Below, in pieces: positions 1 through 11,559 of a stretch of 64,000 bases of DNA. Below the pieces are notes generated by a model. The model was not told the DNA's origin. It saw only the letters and a program-made list of their open reading frames with translations, and made no database searches. Position 1 is the first letter of the stretch. Each line of letters starts with the position of its first letter. Origin of the DNA: Octopus sinensis (lineage: Eukaryota); assembly GCF_006345805.1 (NCBI RefSeq), contig NC_043014.1, positions 42,594,001 to 42,658,000 on the forward strand, read 5' to 3'. The translations under genes and the position numbers were made by a program.

Positions 1-260
1 TTATGGAAGATGAGTGGTCGCCCATGCATACCGGCCTCACCTCTCCATGCCACCAGTCTTATCCAAGGGAAAGGCAAAGGCTGATACAGCTTGGCACCAG
101 TGATGTCACAACTCATTTCTACAGCTGAGTGAACTGCAGCAATGTGAAATAAAGTGTCTTGCTCAAGAACACAACACGCAGCTTGGTTGGTCTGGGAATT
201 GAACTCACTACCTCATGATTGTGAGCCCGATGCTGTAACCACTGAGCCATGTGCCTTCAC
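1..260 (-). mobile_element. tRNA-headed SINE, family E
   Basis: Minus strand begins gtgaaggcacatggctcagtgg (A-box-like) ... gagttcaattcc (B-box-like), then body ttgagcaagacactttatttcacattgc...cactcagctgtagaaatgag; same family at 19849-20168. Confidence 0.75.
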
Positions 261-744
261 GTAACACATTTTTTTTTTTTTTGTCACTCTGGAAAAAACA
301 AAAAACAAAAAAAAAACTCTGTCCTGCAGAGAGGAAAAGAGAGACAGATTGCTTTCTGAACTCTTAATGATATTCATATATGCAATGGTTAGGCATTTTT
401 GACATTGGGCCACCATTCACACGGCTTCTGTCCATTTGGAAAGCAGTCTGCAACAGCAGCAGCTATGCATTTTATTTTGTTAAGAATCAAAGAGGAGCAA
501 ACAACTGCAATCATTTGAGGTTGCTATCATTCATGTAAACATGTAAATTATCCATGCAGTTGGCAAGAAACCAGGCCACTTGATTCTCAGTTTGTCGGGT
601 GAGCTTAATCCATACTGCTATTGCTAATATTACTACTGGTGCTGTTTATTACATTATCAGTACTTTTGCACATACATTCCTGCTTTACTGCATTGCACTA
701 AATTGTGTCAGAGTGCTTGGCTTTTTTGTTTCACATTTTGCAAA

Positions 745-1258
745 CTGCGTGGCAAGAAGCTTGCATCCCAAGTACATGGTTCCAGGTTCAGTGCCCACTG
801 TCTCCCCTACTATCACCTCAGTCTGGCCAAAGTCTTGTGAGAAGATTTTGTAGATGGAAACTGAAAGAAGCCTGTCGTGATAGATCGGTAGCCACTACAC
901 ACATTTTTTTTCCTCTCCTTGTTTTTTTCTCTGTCCCTTTCTGTAGAAAAGCGTAGGCTCAAAATGTAAAAGACATTTTCAATTCCTGAGCATTATACTA
1001 ATACATCTGTTTGTTTTGTACACTACCTATCTTCGTCTTTTGTTTTTTTCGTGAACTCTCCCTATGTATATGTGTGTTTATGTCTGTATTTGGACCCCAC
1101 ACACACACACACTGCTTGAAAGTCAGGCCCCATAACTTAGCAATTCGATAGAATAAGTACCAGCTTAAAAAAAGTTCTGGAATCAATTTGATTAAGAATT
1201 CTTCAAGGCAGTGCCCCAACATGGCCACAGTCAAATGACTGAAACAAGTAAAAGAATT
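745..1258 (+). mobile_element. SINE family A copy interrupted by a ~185-bp insert
   Basis: Head ggttccaggttcagtgcccactg, ggaaactgaaagaagcctgtcg, tail ccccaacatggccacagtcaaatgactgaaacaagtaaaag shared with many copies in the window. Confidence 0.8.
878..1062 (+). mobile_element. ~185-bp insert, Penelope-like terminal repeat candidate
   Basis: Similar to the reverse complement of 25578-25758; contains ctgtagaaaagcgtaggctcaaaatgtaaaag, resembling a minimal hammerhead/PLE motif. Confidence 0.5.
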
Positions 1259-1444
1259 AAAAAATACTATATCAGAATGACCAGTTAGGCGAAGGTCTTA
1301 GGTCAAAGTCTACTTGTGTTAAGAACCCTTAGAGACACAGAAAGGCTTAAACAAGAGCGTTTTTAAATGCCAAAAACATACTGAGCTCTATTATTTAATT
1401 GATATGGAGTATCTTTTAAAACACATCCCTCTTGACAGTGGTTA

Positions 1445-1830
1445 TCATCATCGTTTAACGTCTACTTTCCATGCTAGTATGGGTTGGACGGTTCAACTGG
1501 GGTCTGGGAAGCCAGGAGGCTGCACCAGGCCCAGTCTGATCTGGCAGTGTTTCTACAGCTGGATACCCTTCCTAACACCAACCACTCCGTGAGTGTAGTG
1601 GGTGCTTTTTATGTGCCACCGGCACAGGTGCCAGACGAGGCTGGCAACGGCCACGATCGGATGGTGCTTTTTACATGCCACCGGCACGGAGGCCAGTCGG
1701 GGCGGCACTGGCAACTGCCACGTTCGGATGTGCCAAACGAGGCTGGCAACGGCCACAATCAGATGGTGCTTTTTAAGTGTCACTGGCACGGAGGCCAGTC
1801 GGGGAGGCGCTGGCAACGGCCACGTTCGGT
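1445..1830 (-). mobile_element. Retroposon family C (RTE-like tail) with ~102-bp internal tandem duplication
   Basis: Minus strand has ggaagggtatccagctgtagaaacactgcc...gcatggaaagtagacgttaaacgatgatga; the unit gtgcca(g/a)acgaggctggcaacggccac occurs twice (about 1628 and 1730). Confidence 0.75.
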
Positions 1831-2315
1831 GGTTAGTCTCAGTAAAATCCTAACTAATGTTTACAAGTATATTATTTTCGAGGATGTTGAATTCTTCTGG
1901 GATTTGAATTTACCACCAGGATGTCATGTAAATTAGATTTGCATTGTGCATGTGGCCACTCTGATCGATCATGTTGCTGAAAGAGAAACGAATAATGTCA
2001 TAGATTTTCGAATATAATAAATGAGCATATTAATTGCATTTTTAATTATGAACTTTGAATGAAAGATAGATGGACGGACGGACAGACAGACGGATGGGCG
2101 GGTGGATGATTTGATTTTGATTTTGAAGTGTTACATCATGCTCCCATGTTCACGAAATGTCTTCTTCGTTTTCCTCGTTATGTATCAATAGGTTAATCAT
2201 TAATTTGGTTATAAATAATTGAGCAAATTTTTTTTACTTCCGGATTCATCACATTGTGCTGGCCTTGTAAAATATTCAGCGAATTAGGCTGAACATTGGA
2301 TGTCAGTGTGACTTT

Positions 2316-2319
<4 letters not shown>

Positions 2320-2348
<29 letters not shown>

Positions 2349-2518
2349 CACACACACACACACACTCACACACACTCGCACACACACTCGCACACACACA
2401 CACACTTGCACACACACAAACACACACACACTCGCACGCACACACACACACACTCGCACAAACACACACACACACACACACACACACTCGCACAAACACA
2501 CACTCGCACACACACACA

Positions 2519-2562
<44 letters not shown>

Positions 2563-2600
2563 TATATACACAGCATACACGTACACATACAGATACTCAC
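2320..2600. repeat. Imperfect (CA)n microsatellite
   Basis: Direct inspection. Confidence 0.95.
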
Positions 2601-3089
2601 ACAATATGTGGTTGCTTGAGCAGCAACAGATCCTAGATGTTTAATATGGGTGTGCCAAATATCATAAGTGTCATGACTATTTTCTGTATGTGGCGATAAT
2701 GATACGTGTTGTGAGAGAATAAAATAGTAGTTTTGTTATTCTTACTTCGGTATTTTTGATTTGTTTCATTCATTTACTCTGCTCTTTTTACTTTTTTTTT
2801 TTTTCTCTTTCGAGCGAGACCTGAGATTTATTGCACTTACAGTTGCTTAATGTATAAATATAGATTCTTTTCAATTACGTACTCAGCCAATCCTTGAACC
2901 GACAAAAAAAAATATATAGTTCATTTAATCAGCTCCCGCTCTGTTACTGGTATTTGATTCGCCAACTTCAGGCAGATAAGAGCCAAATGAGGCCCTGGAG
3001 GGGGATTTTAAACTCCGAACAGTGCAATTCTATGAAGCATACAGTCTGGTGTAGCGTTTCTCTTATTTCCACTACTTGTAAAATATGAC

Positions 3090-3700
3090 TACATGGTTGA
3101 GAAGCTTGCTTTGCATCCGTGTGGTTTCTGGTTCAGTTCCACTACGTGGTACCTTGGGTAAGTGTCTTCTGCTATGGCCCTGGGTCAGCCAATGCTTTGT
3201 GAGTGAATTTGATAGGGCACGTTAAAAGCACCAACCGATCGTGGCCGCTGCCAGCCTCCCCTGGCACATAAAAAGCACCCACTACACTCATGGAGTGGTT
3301 GGTATTAGGAAGGGCATCAGGCTGTAGAAACACTGCCAGATCAGACTGGAGCCTGGTGCAGCCTCCTGACTTCCCAGACCCAGGTCGAGCCGTCCAACCC
3401 GTGCTAGCGCGGAAAACGGACGTTAAATGATGATGATGATGATGAAACTGCATGGAAGTCGATCGTGTGTGTCTGTATGCATACATGCATGTGTGCGTGT
3501 GCCTGTGCACATGTTTGTGTTTTCCCTTCCAGCACTTCACAACTGGTCTTGGCTTCTTTATGGCCCCATAACTTAATGGATTGGCAAAAAAATGAGGCCC
3601 TTTAGGACAAAGTATCAGACTTGAAATAAGCACTGAGGTCAAATTGATCAGCCAAACTTTTCAAATCATGACCCCCCACCCCAAGCTTGGACACGATCCT
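3090..3700 (+). mobile_element. SINE A copy with nested family C element (about 3215-3445)
   Basis: SINE A head, then gcacgttaaaagcacc...ggacgttaaa(tga)n, then SINE A body resumes at aaactg. Confidence 0.7.
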
Positions 3701-3799
3701 ATGACAGAAAGAAATAGTTAAGTTAAGTTAAGTTAATTTTGGGGCTCAAAAAGCAAAAAGCAAGGCCATGTAGAGGGACATGGAGTTATGTACAGGGAG

Positions 3800-3922
3800 G
3801 GTGTTCATGCAAAGAGTTCAGGCCATTTCTGGTCAAGAGAGACTTTGAACCGAGCGGTCGTCAGCATCTCGGTTCAAAGACTCTCTTGACCAGAAATGGC
3901 CTGAACTGTTTGCATGAACACC
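3800..3922. repeat. Near-perfect inverted repeat, 55-bp arms, 13-nt loop
   Basis: 3800-3854 ggtgttcatgcaaagagttcagg...ttgaaccgag pairs with 3868-3922 with 2 mismatches. Confidence 0.95.
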
Positions 3923-3980
3923 ACCGCTGATAAAAGGAAAAAGACAATAACAACCTGGAATGGCTTAGCTAAGTGACATT

Positions 3981-4213
3981 CAGGGTTGGCCAAAAGTCAC
4001 CTGTCAGTAAATCAAAATTCCATAAAAACTATCTGTAATTCTGTATTGACTCAAATGGAACAATATACCACTCAAGAAGGACTTCAGTTTGGACAATTTT
4101 CATTCTGTTTCATATTTAGATGCTTTTATCAAATTCATTCAGTTGTTAAACATAAATAAATCTTGGAATTAAATGGTTTTGATTTACTGTCAGGTGACTT
4201 TCGGCCAACCATG
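3981..4213. mobile_element. Tc1/mariner-type MITE
   Basis: ~37-bp TIRs: cagggttggccaaaagtcacctgtcagtaaatcaaaa vs rc catggttggccgaaagtcacctgacagtaaatcaaaa; TA on the right flank only; no ORF. Confidence 0.75.
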
Positions 4214-4224
4214 TATATTTACCT

Positions 4225-4618
4225 GCAAGTGTAGTTTGCTTTCCTACCACATGGTTCCGGGTTCAGTCCCACTGTGTGGCACGTTGGGCAAGTGTCTTCT
4301 GCTATAACTTCAGGCTGACCAAAGCCTTGTGAGTGGATTTGGTTGATGGAAACTGAAAGAAGCCCATCATATATATATGTATGTATGTATATGCATATTT
4401 ATGTGTGTGTCTTTGTGTCTGTGTTTGTCCTTCCATCACCACTTAACAACCAGCCTTGGTGTATTCAGATCCCCGTCACTTAGTGATTTGGTAAAAGAAC
4501 CAATAGAATAAGTACTAAGCTTAAAAAATAAGTTCCACGGATGATTTGTTTGATTAAAATCCTTCAAGGCAGTGCTCCAGCATAGCCACAATCAAATAAC
4601 TGAAACAAAAGAATAAAA
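4225..4618 (+). mobile_element. SINE A copy
   Basis: ggttccgggttcagtcccactg head through ccagcatagccacaatcaaataactgaaac tail. Confidence 0.8.
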
Positions 4619-4722
4619 TAACCATTTGTTCCTTCACATTCCTATGGTTATTGCCACCAACTTTGTTTTTCATTCTCAACCACTAAGTGTGGTTATATAA
4701 CTGCATTTTAAACATAATTCTC

Positions 4723-4959
4723 TTAACCCTTTTGATACCAACTCACCTAGGACCAACCTTGGCTTGGTGATAGAAACTTTCTGTTTTGAAGTGATCTAAA
4801 TTAAAGCCTCCTGTCGAAATTTCATGTAAATTTATGCTCCAAAACACCAGTTTAATAATATTGACAAAGTTCTTTTAACTAAATTGTCCATTAATTTTCC
4901 AAATTGATTGAAACGAAAGCAGTGTAATTCAACAGAGATATGGCAACGAAAGCATTTAA
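4723..4959. mobile_element. TTAA-flanked piggyBac-type MITE, diverged
   Basis: Starts ttaaccctttt, ends aacgaaagcatttaa; interior resembles the other TTAA MITEs. Confidence 0.55.
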
Positions 4960-5021
4960 CAATATAGTATCTTTGTAGATGCATTTATATATGTGTCTGT
5001 GTGTACATGCCTGAAAACAAG

Positions 5022-5023
5022 CC

Positions 5024-5066
<43 letters not shown>

Positions 5067-5069
5067 ATG

Positions 5070-5102
<33 letters not shown>

Positions 5103-5129
5103 ATGTATATATATATATATATGTGTGTG

Positions 5130-5174
<45 letters not shown>

Positions 5175-5199
5175 ATATAATATATATATATATGTGTGT

Positions 5200-5235
<36 letters not shown>

Positions 5236-5387
5236 ATGTATATATATATATATATGTGTATGTATATATATATATGGTGTGTATGTATATATATATTATG
5301 TGTGTTGTATATATATATATAATATGTGTGTGTATGTATATATATATGTGTGTATATATATATATATATGTGTATATATATTATATA

Positions 5388-5429
<42 letters not shown>

Positions 5430-5455
5430 GATATATATATATGTATGTATCTATA
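5022..5455. repeat. Compound (TA)n/(TG)n microsatellite
   Basis: Direct inspection. Confidence 0.95.
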
Positions 5456-5879
5456 TGAATGAAAGAGAGGAAAAAAATGAAAGTAACAATGAACTCAAAA
5501 GTAACCTTTATAAAAAGCAAGCTGAACTTTGTAATAAGTTGAAATATTATTCAAATAGTGATTGTAAAGTTCTTTCAAATGCTACTAGAGTGAAAGAAAA
5601 AAAGAGCTGGGGGTGGGGGGGGGGAGAACAAGGCAGGCAAAACTGATAAACGAAAAGAGAGTGAGGAAAGTGTATACATGCACACACATTCTCCAAAGCT
5701 GTTTAATAATGCCTGGGATCGCTTTAAATCCTTAAGCTAGTTTGCTCAATAGTTTTATTAATCGCGGTTGCTTGTATAATCAGCAATTATTAACCCATTG
5801 TGTGTGATGGGGGTGGGGTGGGATGGGGTGGGGGAAAACGGTGCAGAAATATAAATAAATAGATAAATAAATAAATATA

Positions 5880-6293
5880 TAGGCGCAGGAGTGGCTGTGT
5901 GGTAAGTAGCTTGCTAACCAACCACATGGTTCCAGGTTCAGTCCCACTGCGTGGCATCTTGGGCAAGTGTCTTCTGCTATAGCCCCGGGCCGACCAATGC
6001 CTTGTGAGTGGATTTGGTAGACGGAAACTGAAAGAAGCCTGTCGTATATATATATATATATATAAGTGTGTGTGTGTATATGTTTGTGTGTCTGTGGTTG
6101 TCCCCCTAGCATTGCTTGACAACCGATGCTGGTGTGTTTACGTCCCCGTCACTTAGCAGTTCGGCAAAAGAGACCGATAGAATAAGTACTGGGCTCACAA
6201 AGAATAAGTCCCGGGGTCGATTTGCTCGACTAAAGGCGGTGCTCCAGCATGGCCGCAGTCAAATGACTGAAACAAGTAAAAGAGTAAAAGAGT
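5880..6293 (+). mobile_element. SINE A, full-length, apparently young
   Basis: aggcgcaggagtggctgtgtgg (A box) ... ggttcagtcc (B box), internal (TA)n(TG)n, tail cagtcaaatgactgaaacaa(gtaaaaga)2. Confidence 0.9.
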
Positions 6294-6371
6294 AATATAG
6301 ATGATAATAATTCCTGCATATTTTAAAATGTAAGCTAACTCTATTGTGTTCCAGTGTTTTCTCTTGGAAGG

Positions 6372-6735
6372 CAAAGTTGCAAAATAGTGTTCAAATTCCG
6401 CCGAGGTTGACTTTACTTTTCATCCTTTCGGTGGGTCGATTAAATAAAGTACCAGTTACACGCTGGTGTCGATGTAATCGATTTAATTCCTTTGTCTGTC
6501 CTTGTTTGTCCCCTCTGTGTTTAGCCCCTTGTGGGTAATAAAAAAATAGGTATTTCGTCTGTCGTTATGTTCTGAGTTCAAATTCCGCCAAGGTCAACTT
6601 TGCCTTTCATCCTTTCGGGGGTCGATTAAATAAAGTACCAGTTACATACTGGTGTCGATGTAATCGATTTAATCCCTTTGTCTGTCCTTGTTTGTCCCCT
6701 CTATGTTTAACCCCCCTGTGGGCAATAAAGAAGTA
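6372..6735 (+). mobile_element. SINE family B, two tandem body units
   Basis: gttcaaattccgccgaggttgac...gtgggtaataaaaaaatag followed by a second gtatttcgtctg unit. Confidence 0.8.
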
Positions 6736-6777
6736 AATACTAACAGGTTCACTTAAAAAAAAGAACCATCTAACCAT

Positions 6778-6958
6778 TCATCATCGTCATCATCATCATC
6801 ATCATCATCGTTTAACGTCCGCTTTCCATGCTGGCATGGGTTGGACCATTTGACTGAGGACTGGCAAACCAGATGGCTGCACCAGGCTCCAATCTTGATC
6901 TGGCAGAGTTTCTGCAGCTGGATGCCCTTCCTAACGCCAACCACTCCAAGAGTGTAGT
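6778..6958 (-). mobile_element. Family C 3' fragment with (GAT)n tail
   Basis: (cat)n gtttaacgtccgctttccatgc...gctggatgcccttcctaacgcc. Confidence 0.8.
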
Positions 6959-7020
6959 TTAGATAAATAACCATTATTTATTAATTATTTTCTTTTTAAA
7001 TGGTTTGGTCTGTAGCAAGA

Positions 7021-7302
7021 GGTGGAGGCACATGGCTTTGCGGTTGGGGGATCGTGGGTTCGAATCTCAGACCGGGCGATGTGTGTGTTTATGAGCGAAA
7101 CACCTAAGCTCCATATGACTCTGGCAGAAGGTAATGGTGAACTTCTGCTGACACTTTCGCCACAACTTTCTCTCACTCTTTCCTCCTGCATCTCGCAGAT
7201 CACCTGCGACGGACCGGCGTCCCGTCCAGGTGGGGAACCTATATGCCAAGGAAACCAGGAAACCGGCCCTTATGAGCCAGGCGTGGCTCAAGAAGGAAGA
7301 AG
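7021..7302 (+). mobile_element. tRNA-headed SINE family D
   Basis: gtggaggcacatgg...gggttcgaatc (B box), ctttcgccacaactttctctcactc, tail gacggaccggcgtcccgtccagg...gaaggaagaag; relatives at 44464 and 59915. Confidence 0.8.
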
Positions 7303-7759
7303 GTAGCAAGAGGCTGTGCCTGTGGGTTCTACTGGTCCTCCAAGACTGGTAAAATAAGTGGGTTTTTTTTTGTTTTTTAATTGTTGCAAAAAGAGAAGCA
7401 TGGGTAAAGCCATGGCCGTGTGGTCAAGAAGCTTGCATTGCAACCACATACTTTCAGATTCAATTCTACCGCATGACACCTTGAGCAAGTGTCTTCTACT
7501 ATAGCCCCTGGCTGACCTATGCTGTTGCAGACTGAGCTGTGTGGATCAATATAGTGGTGTTTGATCTGCTGTAGTGATTTTGGTTTTTTTTTTTTTTTTT
7601 AATATATTCATGAGAAATTTACCATGTTAATTTGAGAAATATCGAGATAAGCTCTAGTGATCTTTTAGGCTGATGTTAGTTAAGCTTTTCAGTGTAAATG
7701 AAATGAAAATGCCAGTCTTATTTCCCTCTATCCAGTTAGTGTGGATATGCTATTGCAAT

Positions 7760-8410
7760 AGGCGGTGAGCTGGCAGAAACGTTAGGGCGCCGGGCGAAAT
7801 GCTTAGCGGTATTTCGTCTGTCGTTACGTTCTGAGTTCAAATTCCGCCGAGGTCAACTTTGCCTTTCATCCTTTCGGGGTCGATAAATAAAGTACCAGTT
7901 TCACACTGGGGTCGATATAATCGACTTAATCCCTTTGTCTGTCCTTGTTTGTCCCCTCTGTGTTTAGCCCCTTGTGGGTAATAAAGAAATAGGTATTTCG
8001 TCTGTCGTTACGTTCTGAGTTCAAATTCCGCCGAGGTCGACTTTGCCTTTCATCCTTTCGGGGTTGATAAATAAAGTACCAGTTTCATACTGGGGTCGAT
8101 ATAATCAACTTAATCCGTTTGTCTGTCCTTGTTTGTCGCCTCTATGTTTAGCCCCTTGTGGGCAATAAAGAAAATAAGGCGGCAAGCTGGCAGAAACGTT
8201 AGCACGCCGGACGGAATACTTAGCGGTATTTCATCTGTATTTACGTTCTGAGTTCAAATTCCGCTGAGGTCGACTTTTCCTTTCGTCCTTTCGGGGTCAG
8301 TAAATAAAGTACCAGTTACACACTAGGGTTCATATAATTGACTTAATTCGTTTGTCCTTGTTTGTCCTCTCTGTGTTTAGCTCCTTGTGGGGTAGTAAAG
8401 AAATAGGTAT
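7760..8410 (+). mobile_element. SINE B cluster: one copy with duplicated body plus one monomer
   Basis: Heads ggcggtgagctggcagaaacg (7761) and ggcggcaagctggcagaaacg (about 8178); B-box-like gagttcaaattcc three times. Confidence 0.85.
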
Positions 8411-9049
8411 TACAATTTAGGTTTTAAAACTTATAGTTCTCACTTTCAAAAGAGAGAAAAATGGTTTTTACTCAGGAGCATGTATCCTTCTTTATTCAAG
8501 ATGGCAGGGTATAATTTTGAGAGGGATTTCGGTTACTGTTTCTTGCAGGTCAGACAGCTGCATAGAGGTCCCCACCCCACCCCGCCTCCCAACTAACCTG
8601 TTTATTAATTAGTCAGAAGGGGCGGTGCAGTCTCCACAGCCTTTGAAAGTTCTGCACTAGATAATATGGAAAACAGGTTGAAATAAATAGTTTGATATTT
8701 AGCTTTTTTTTTTACTTTTGCACGTTCACACACAAACACAGAAACACAACAAGCGCATAAAATGCACGTGTGCACACATATGTGTTTGGTTGTAAGTGCT
8801 GGGAGAAGAAAACTAAGAGATGTGTTCAGTGTAAGATATGAGATGAGATGCTGTGAAGGTCATGCAGCTGTATACACGTACAGCTGGCTAGCATGGAGCA
8901 GACAGAGTTGTTGTTGTTGTTGTCGTTGTCGTTGTCGTTGTTGTTATTGTTGTTGTAATAGCAGCAGCAGCAGTTGTAGAGTGAGGAACAATCTGGCTGG
9001 ACAGAGTTATTGAGTGAAGGCTTCTTTTCAGGAACACTTTCGACACTAT

Positions 9050-9427
9050 AGGCGCAGTAGTGGCTGTGTGGTAAGTAGCTTGCTAACCAACCACATGGTT
9101 CCGGGTTCAGTCCCACTGCGTGGCATCTTGGGCAAGTGTCTTCTGCTGTAGCCCCGGGCCGACCAATGCCTTCTGAGTGGATTTGGTAGATGGAAACTGA
9201 AAGAAGCCTGTCGTATATATGTATATCATCATCATCATTTAACGTCCGCTTTCCATGCTAGCATGGGTTGGACGGTTCAACTGGGGTCTGGGGAGCCCGA
9301 AGGCTGCACCAGGCCAGTCAGATCTGGCAGTGTTTCTACAGCTGGATGCCCTTCCTAACGCCAACCACTCCGAGAGTGTAGTGGGTGATTTTATGTGCCA
9401 CCGACACAGGTGCCAGACGAGGCTGGC

Positions 9428-9468
<41 letters not shown>

Positions 9469-9680
9469 TTGTGTGTCTGTGTTTGTCCCCCTAGCATTGC
9501 TTGACAACCGATGCTGTTGTGTTTACGTCCCCGTCACTTAGCGGTTCGGCAAAAGAGACCGATAGAATAAGTACTGGGCTTCCAAAGAATAAGTCCCGGG
9601 GTCGATTTGCTCGACTAAAAGGCGGTGCTCCAGCATGGCCGCAGTCGCATGACTGAAACAAGTAAAAGAGAGAAAAGAGA
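9050..9680 (+). mobile_element. SINE A with family C element (about 9224-9430, minus) inserted in its TA tract
   Basis: SINE A head and tail intact; catcatcatttaacgtccgc...ggctggcgac lies between two TA runs. Confidence 0.85.
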
Positions 9681-9829
9681 AAAGAGAGTACATCAAATGA
9701 TGTACAAATACTGTAAGGTCAGTAGTTTAAAGTGGTTCGGCGTTTCTCGATTCCTGGAAGTGAGGAGACATCAGACAGTTTCATCACAGCTTGCATGCAT
9801 TCACATGTTGTGTGTACATATAGGTGCAG

Positions 9830-11250
9830 GCATCGATATTTGGCAAGAATCTTGCTTCCCAACCGTGTGGTGCCGCCGTGTGACACCCTGGGCAAGTGTT
9901 TGCTACTACAGCCCCAGGCCAACTAAAGTCTTGTGAGTGGATTTGGTAAACGTATTTCTTTACTACCCACAAGGGGCTAAACACAGAGAGGACAAACAAG
10001 GACAGACAAACGGATTAAGTCGATTATATTGACCCCAGTGCATAACTGGTACTTATTTAATCGACCCCGAAAGTATGAAAGGCAAAGTCGACCTCGGCGG
10101 GATTTGAACTCAGAACGTAGCGGCAGACAAAATACCAATTTCTTTATTACCCACAAGGGGATATACACAGAGGGGACAAACAAGGACAGACAAATGGATT
10201 AAGTCAATTATATCGACCCCAGTGCGTAACTGGTACTTAATTTATCGACTCCAAAAGTATGAAAGGCAAAGTCGACCTCGGCGGGATTTGAACTCAGAAC
10301 GTAGCGGCAGACGAAATACCAATTTCTTTATTACCCACAAGGGGATATACACAGAGGGGACAAACAAGGAGAGACAAACGGATTAAGTCGATTATATTGA
10401 CCCCAGTGCATAACGGTACTTATTTAATCGACCCCGAAAGTATGAAAGGCAAAGTCAACCTCGGCGGGATTTGAACTCAGAACGTAGCAGCAGACAAAAT
10501 ACCAATTTCTTTATTACCCACAAGGGGATATACACAGAGGGGACAAACAAGGACAGACAAACGGATTAAGTCGATTATATCGACCCCAGTGCGTAACTGG
10601 TACTTAATTTATCGACTCCAAAAGGATGAAAGGCAAAGTCAACCTTGGCGGGATTTGAACTCAGAACGTAGCAGCAGACGAAATACCAATTTGTTTATTA
10701 CCCACAAGGGGATATACACAGAGGGGACAAACAAGGAGAGACAAACGGATTAAGTCGATTATATCGACCCCAGTGTCTAACTGGTACTTAATTTATCAAC
10801 CCTGAAAGGACGAAAGGCAAAGTCGACCTCGGCAGAATTTGAACTCAGAACGTAAAGACAGAAGAAATACCTATTTCTTTACTACCCACAAGGGGCTAAA
10901 CACAGAGAGAACAAACAAGGACAGACAAATGGATTAAGTCAATTACATCGACCCCAGTGTGTAACTGGTACTTATTTAATTGACCCTGAAAGGATGAAAG
11001 GCAAAGTCGACCTCAGCGGGAAGATTTGGATTTGGTTAACAGAAACTGAAAGAAATCTGTCATATATATGTGTGTGTCTTTGTCTTCCACCACCATTTGA
11101 GTGCTGGTGTTGGTGTGTTTACCAACTTAGCAGTTCAGCAAAAGATACAGGTAGAATAAGTACTGGGGTTGATTCATTCAACTAAAAATTCTTTCAAGTC
11201 AGTGCCCCTGCATGGCCGCTGTCCAATGACTGAAACCAGTAAAAGATAAA
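9830..11250 (+). mobile_element. Old SINE A copy split by the SINE B array
   Basis: Head at about 9830-9950; body resumes at about 11025 (ggatttggttaacagaaactgaaag) and ends gactgaaaccagtaaaag. Confidence 0.7.
9953..11020 (-). repeat. Tandem array of ~5.8 SINE B body units, period about 184 bp
   Basis: Unit starts at 9953, 10137, 10321, 10504, 10688 and 10872. Confidence 0.9.
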
Positions 11251-11559
11251 AGAAAGCAAAGATATAAAATATTGAATTCTTTGTCGTACCTTGTAGGGTA
11301 TATTTTGTACCAGTCTCTCTGGGGAAGTTTATTTGTGAAAGATTGGTGTTCTATCCATGGGGAGTAAACACTCGCCGCGTACGATCCTAAATTTAATGGA
11401 GAAGTATTAGCTATGAGTCGTTCAGTTTCTGAAAGGTAAAAAAATAGGAACTGGTTTATATGTGTATAAGCATGTATACTGTTTTATATTTATGTTATGT
11501 GGGCGTATATATATGTACAAATATAAATCATAATCCTCATCATTTAACATCCAATTTTC

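Noticed and set aside
2193-2636. CV/HT-repeat ORFs, and similar YI/CV ORFs at about 5.0, 14.6, 18.5, 24.6, 37, 41.2, 52.5 and 61.7 kb
   Set aside because: Dinucleotide microsatellite artefacts.
5780-6122. Recurrent ORFs containing EDTCPRCHAVGLNPEPCGW or RHLPKVPRSGTEPGTMW
   Set aside because: Antisense translation of the SINE A head; they recur wherever the SINE occurs.
8865-8886. Inverted pair of CAGCTG E-boxes (cagctgta-tacacg-tacagctg)
   Set aside because: Too short to distinguish from chance without conservation data.
9953-11020. CRISPR-like regular repeats
   Set aside because: Whole units are homologous with no unique spacers; eukaryotic SINE-derived.
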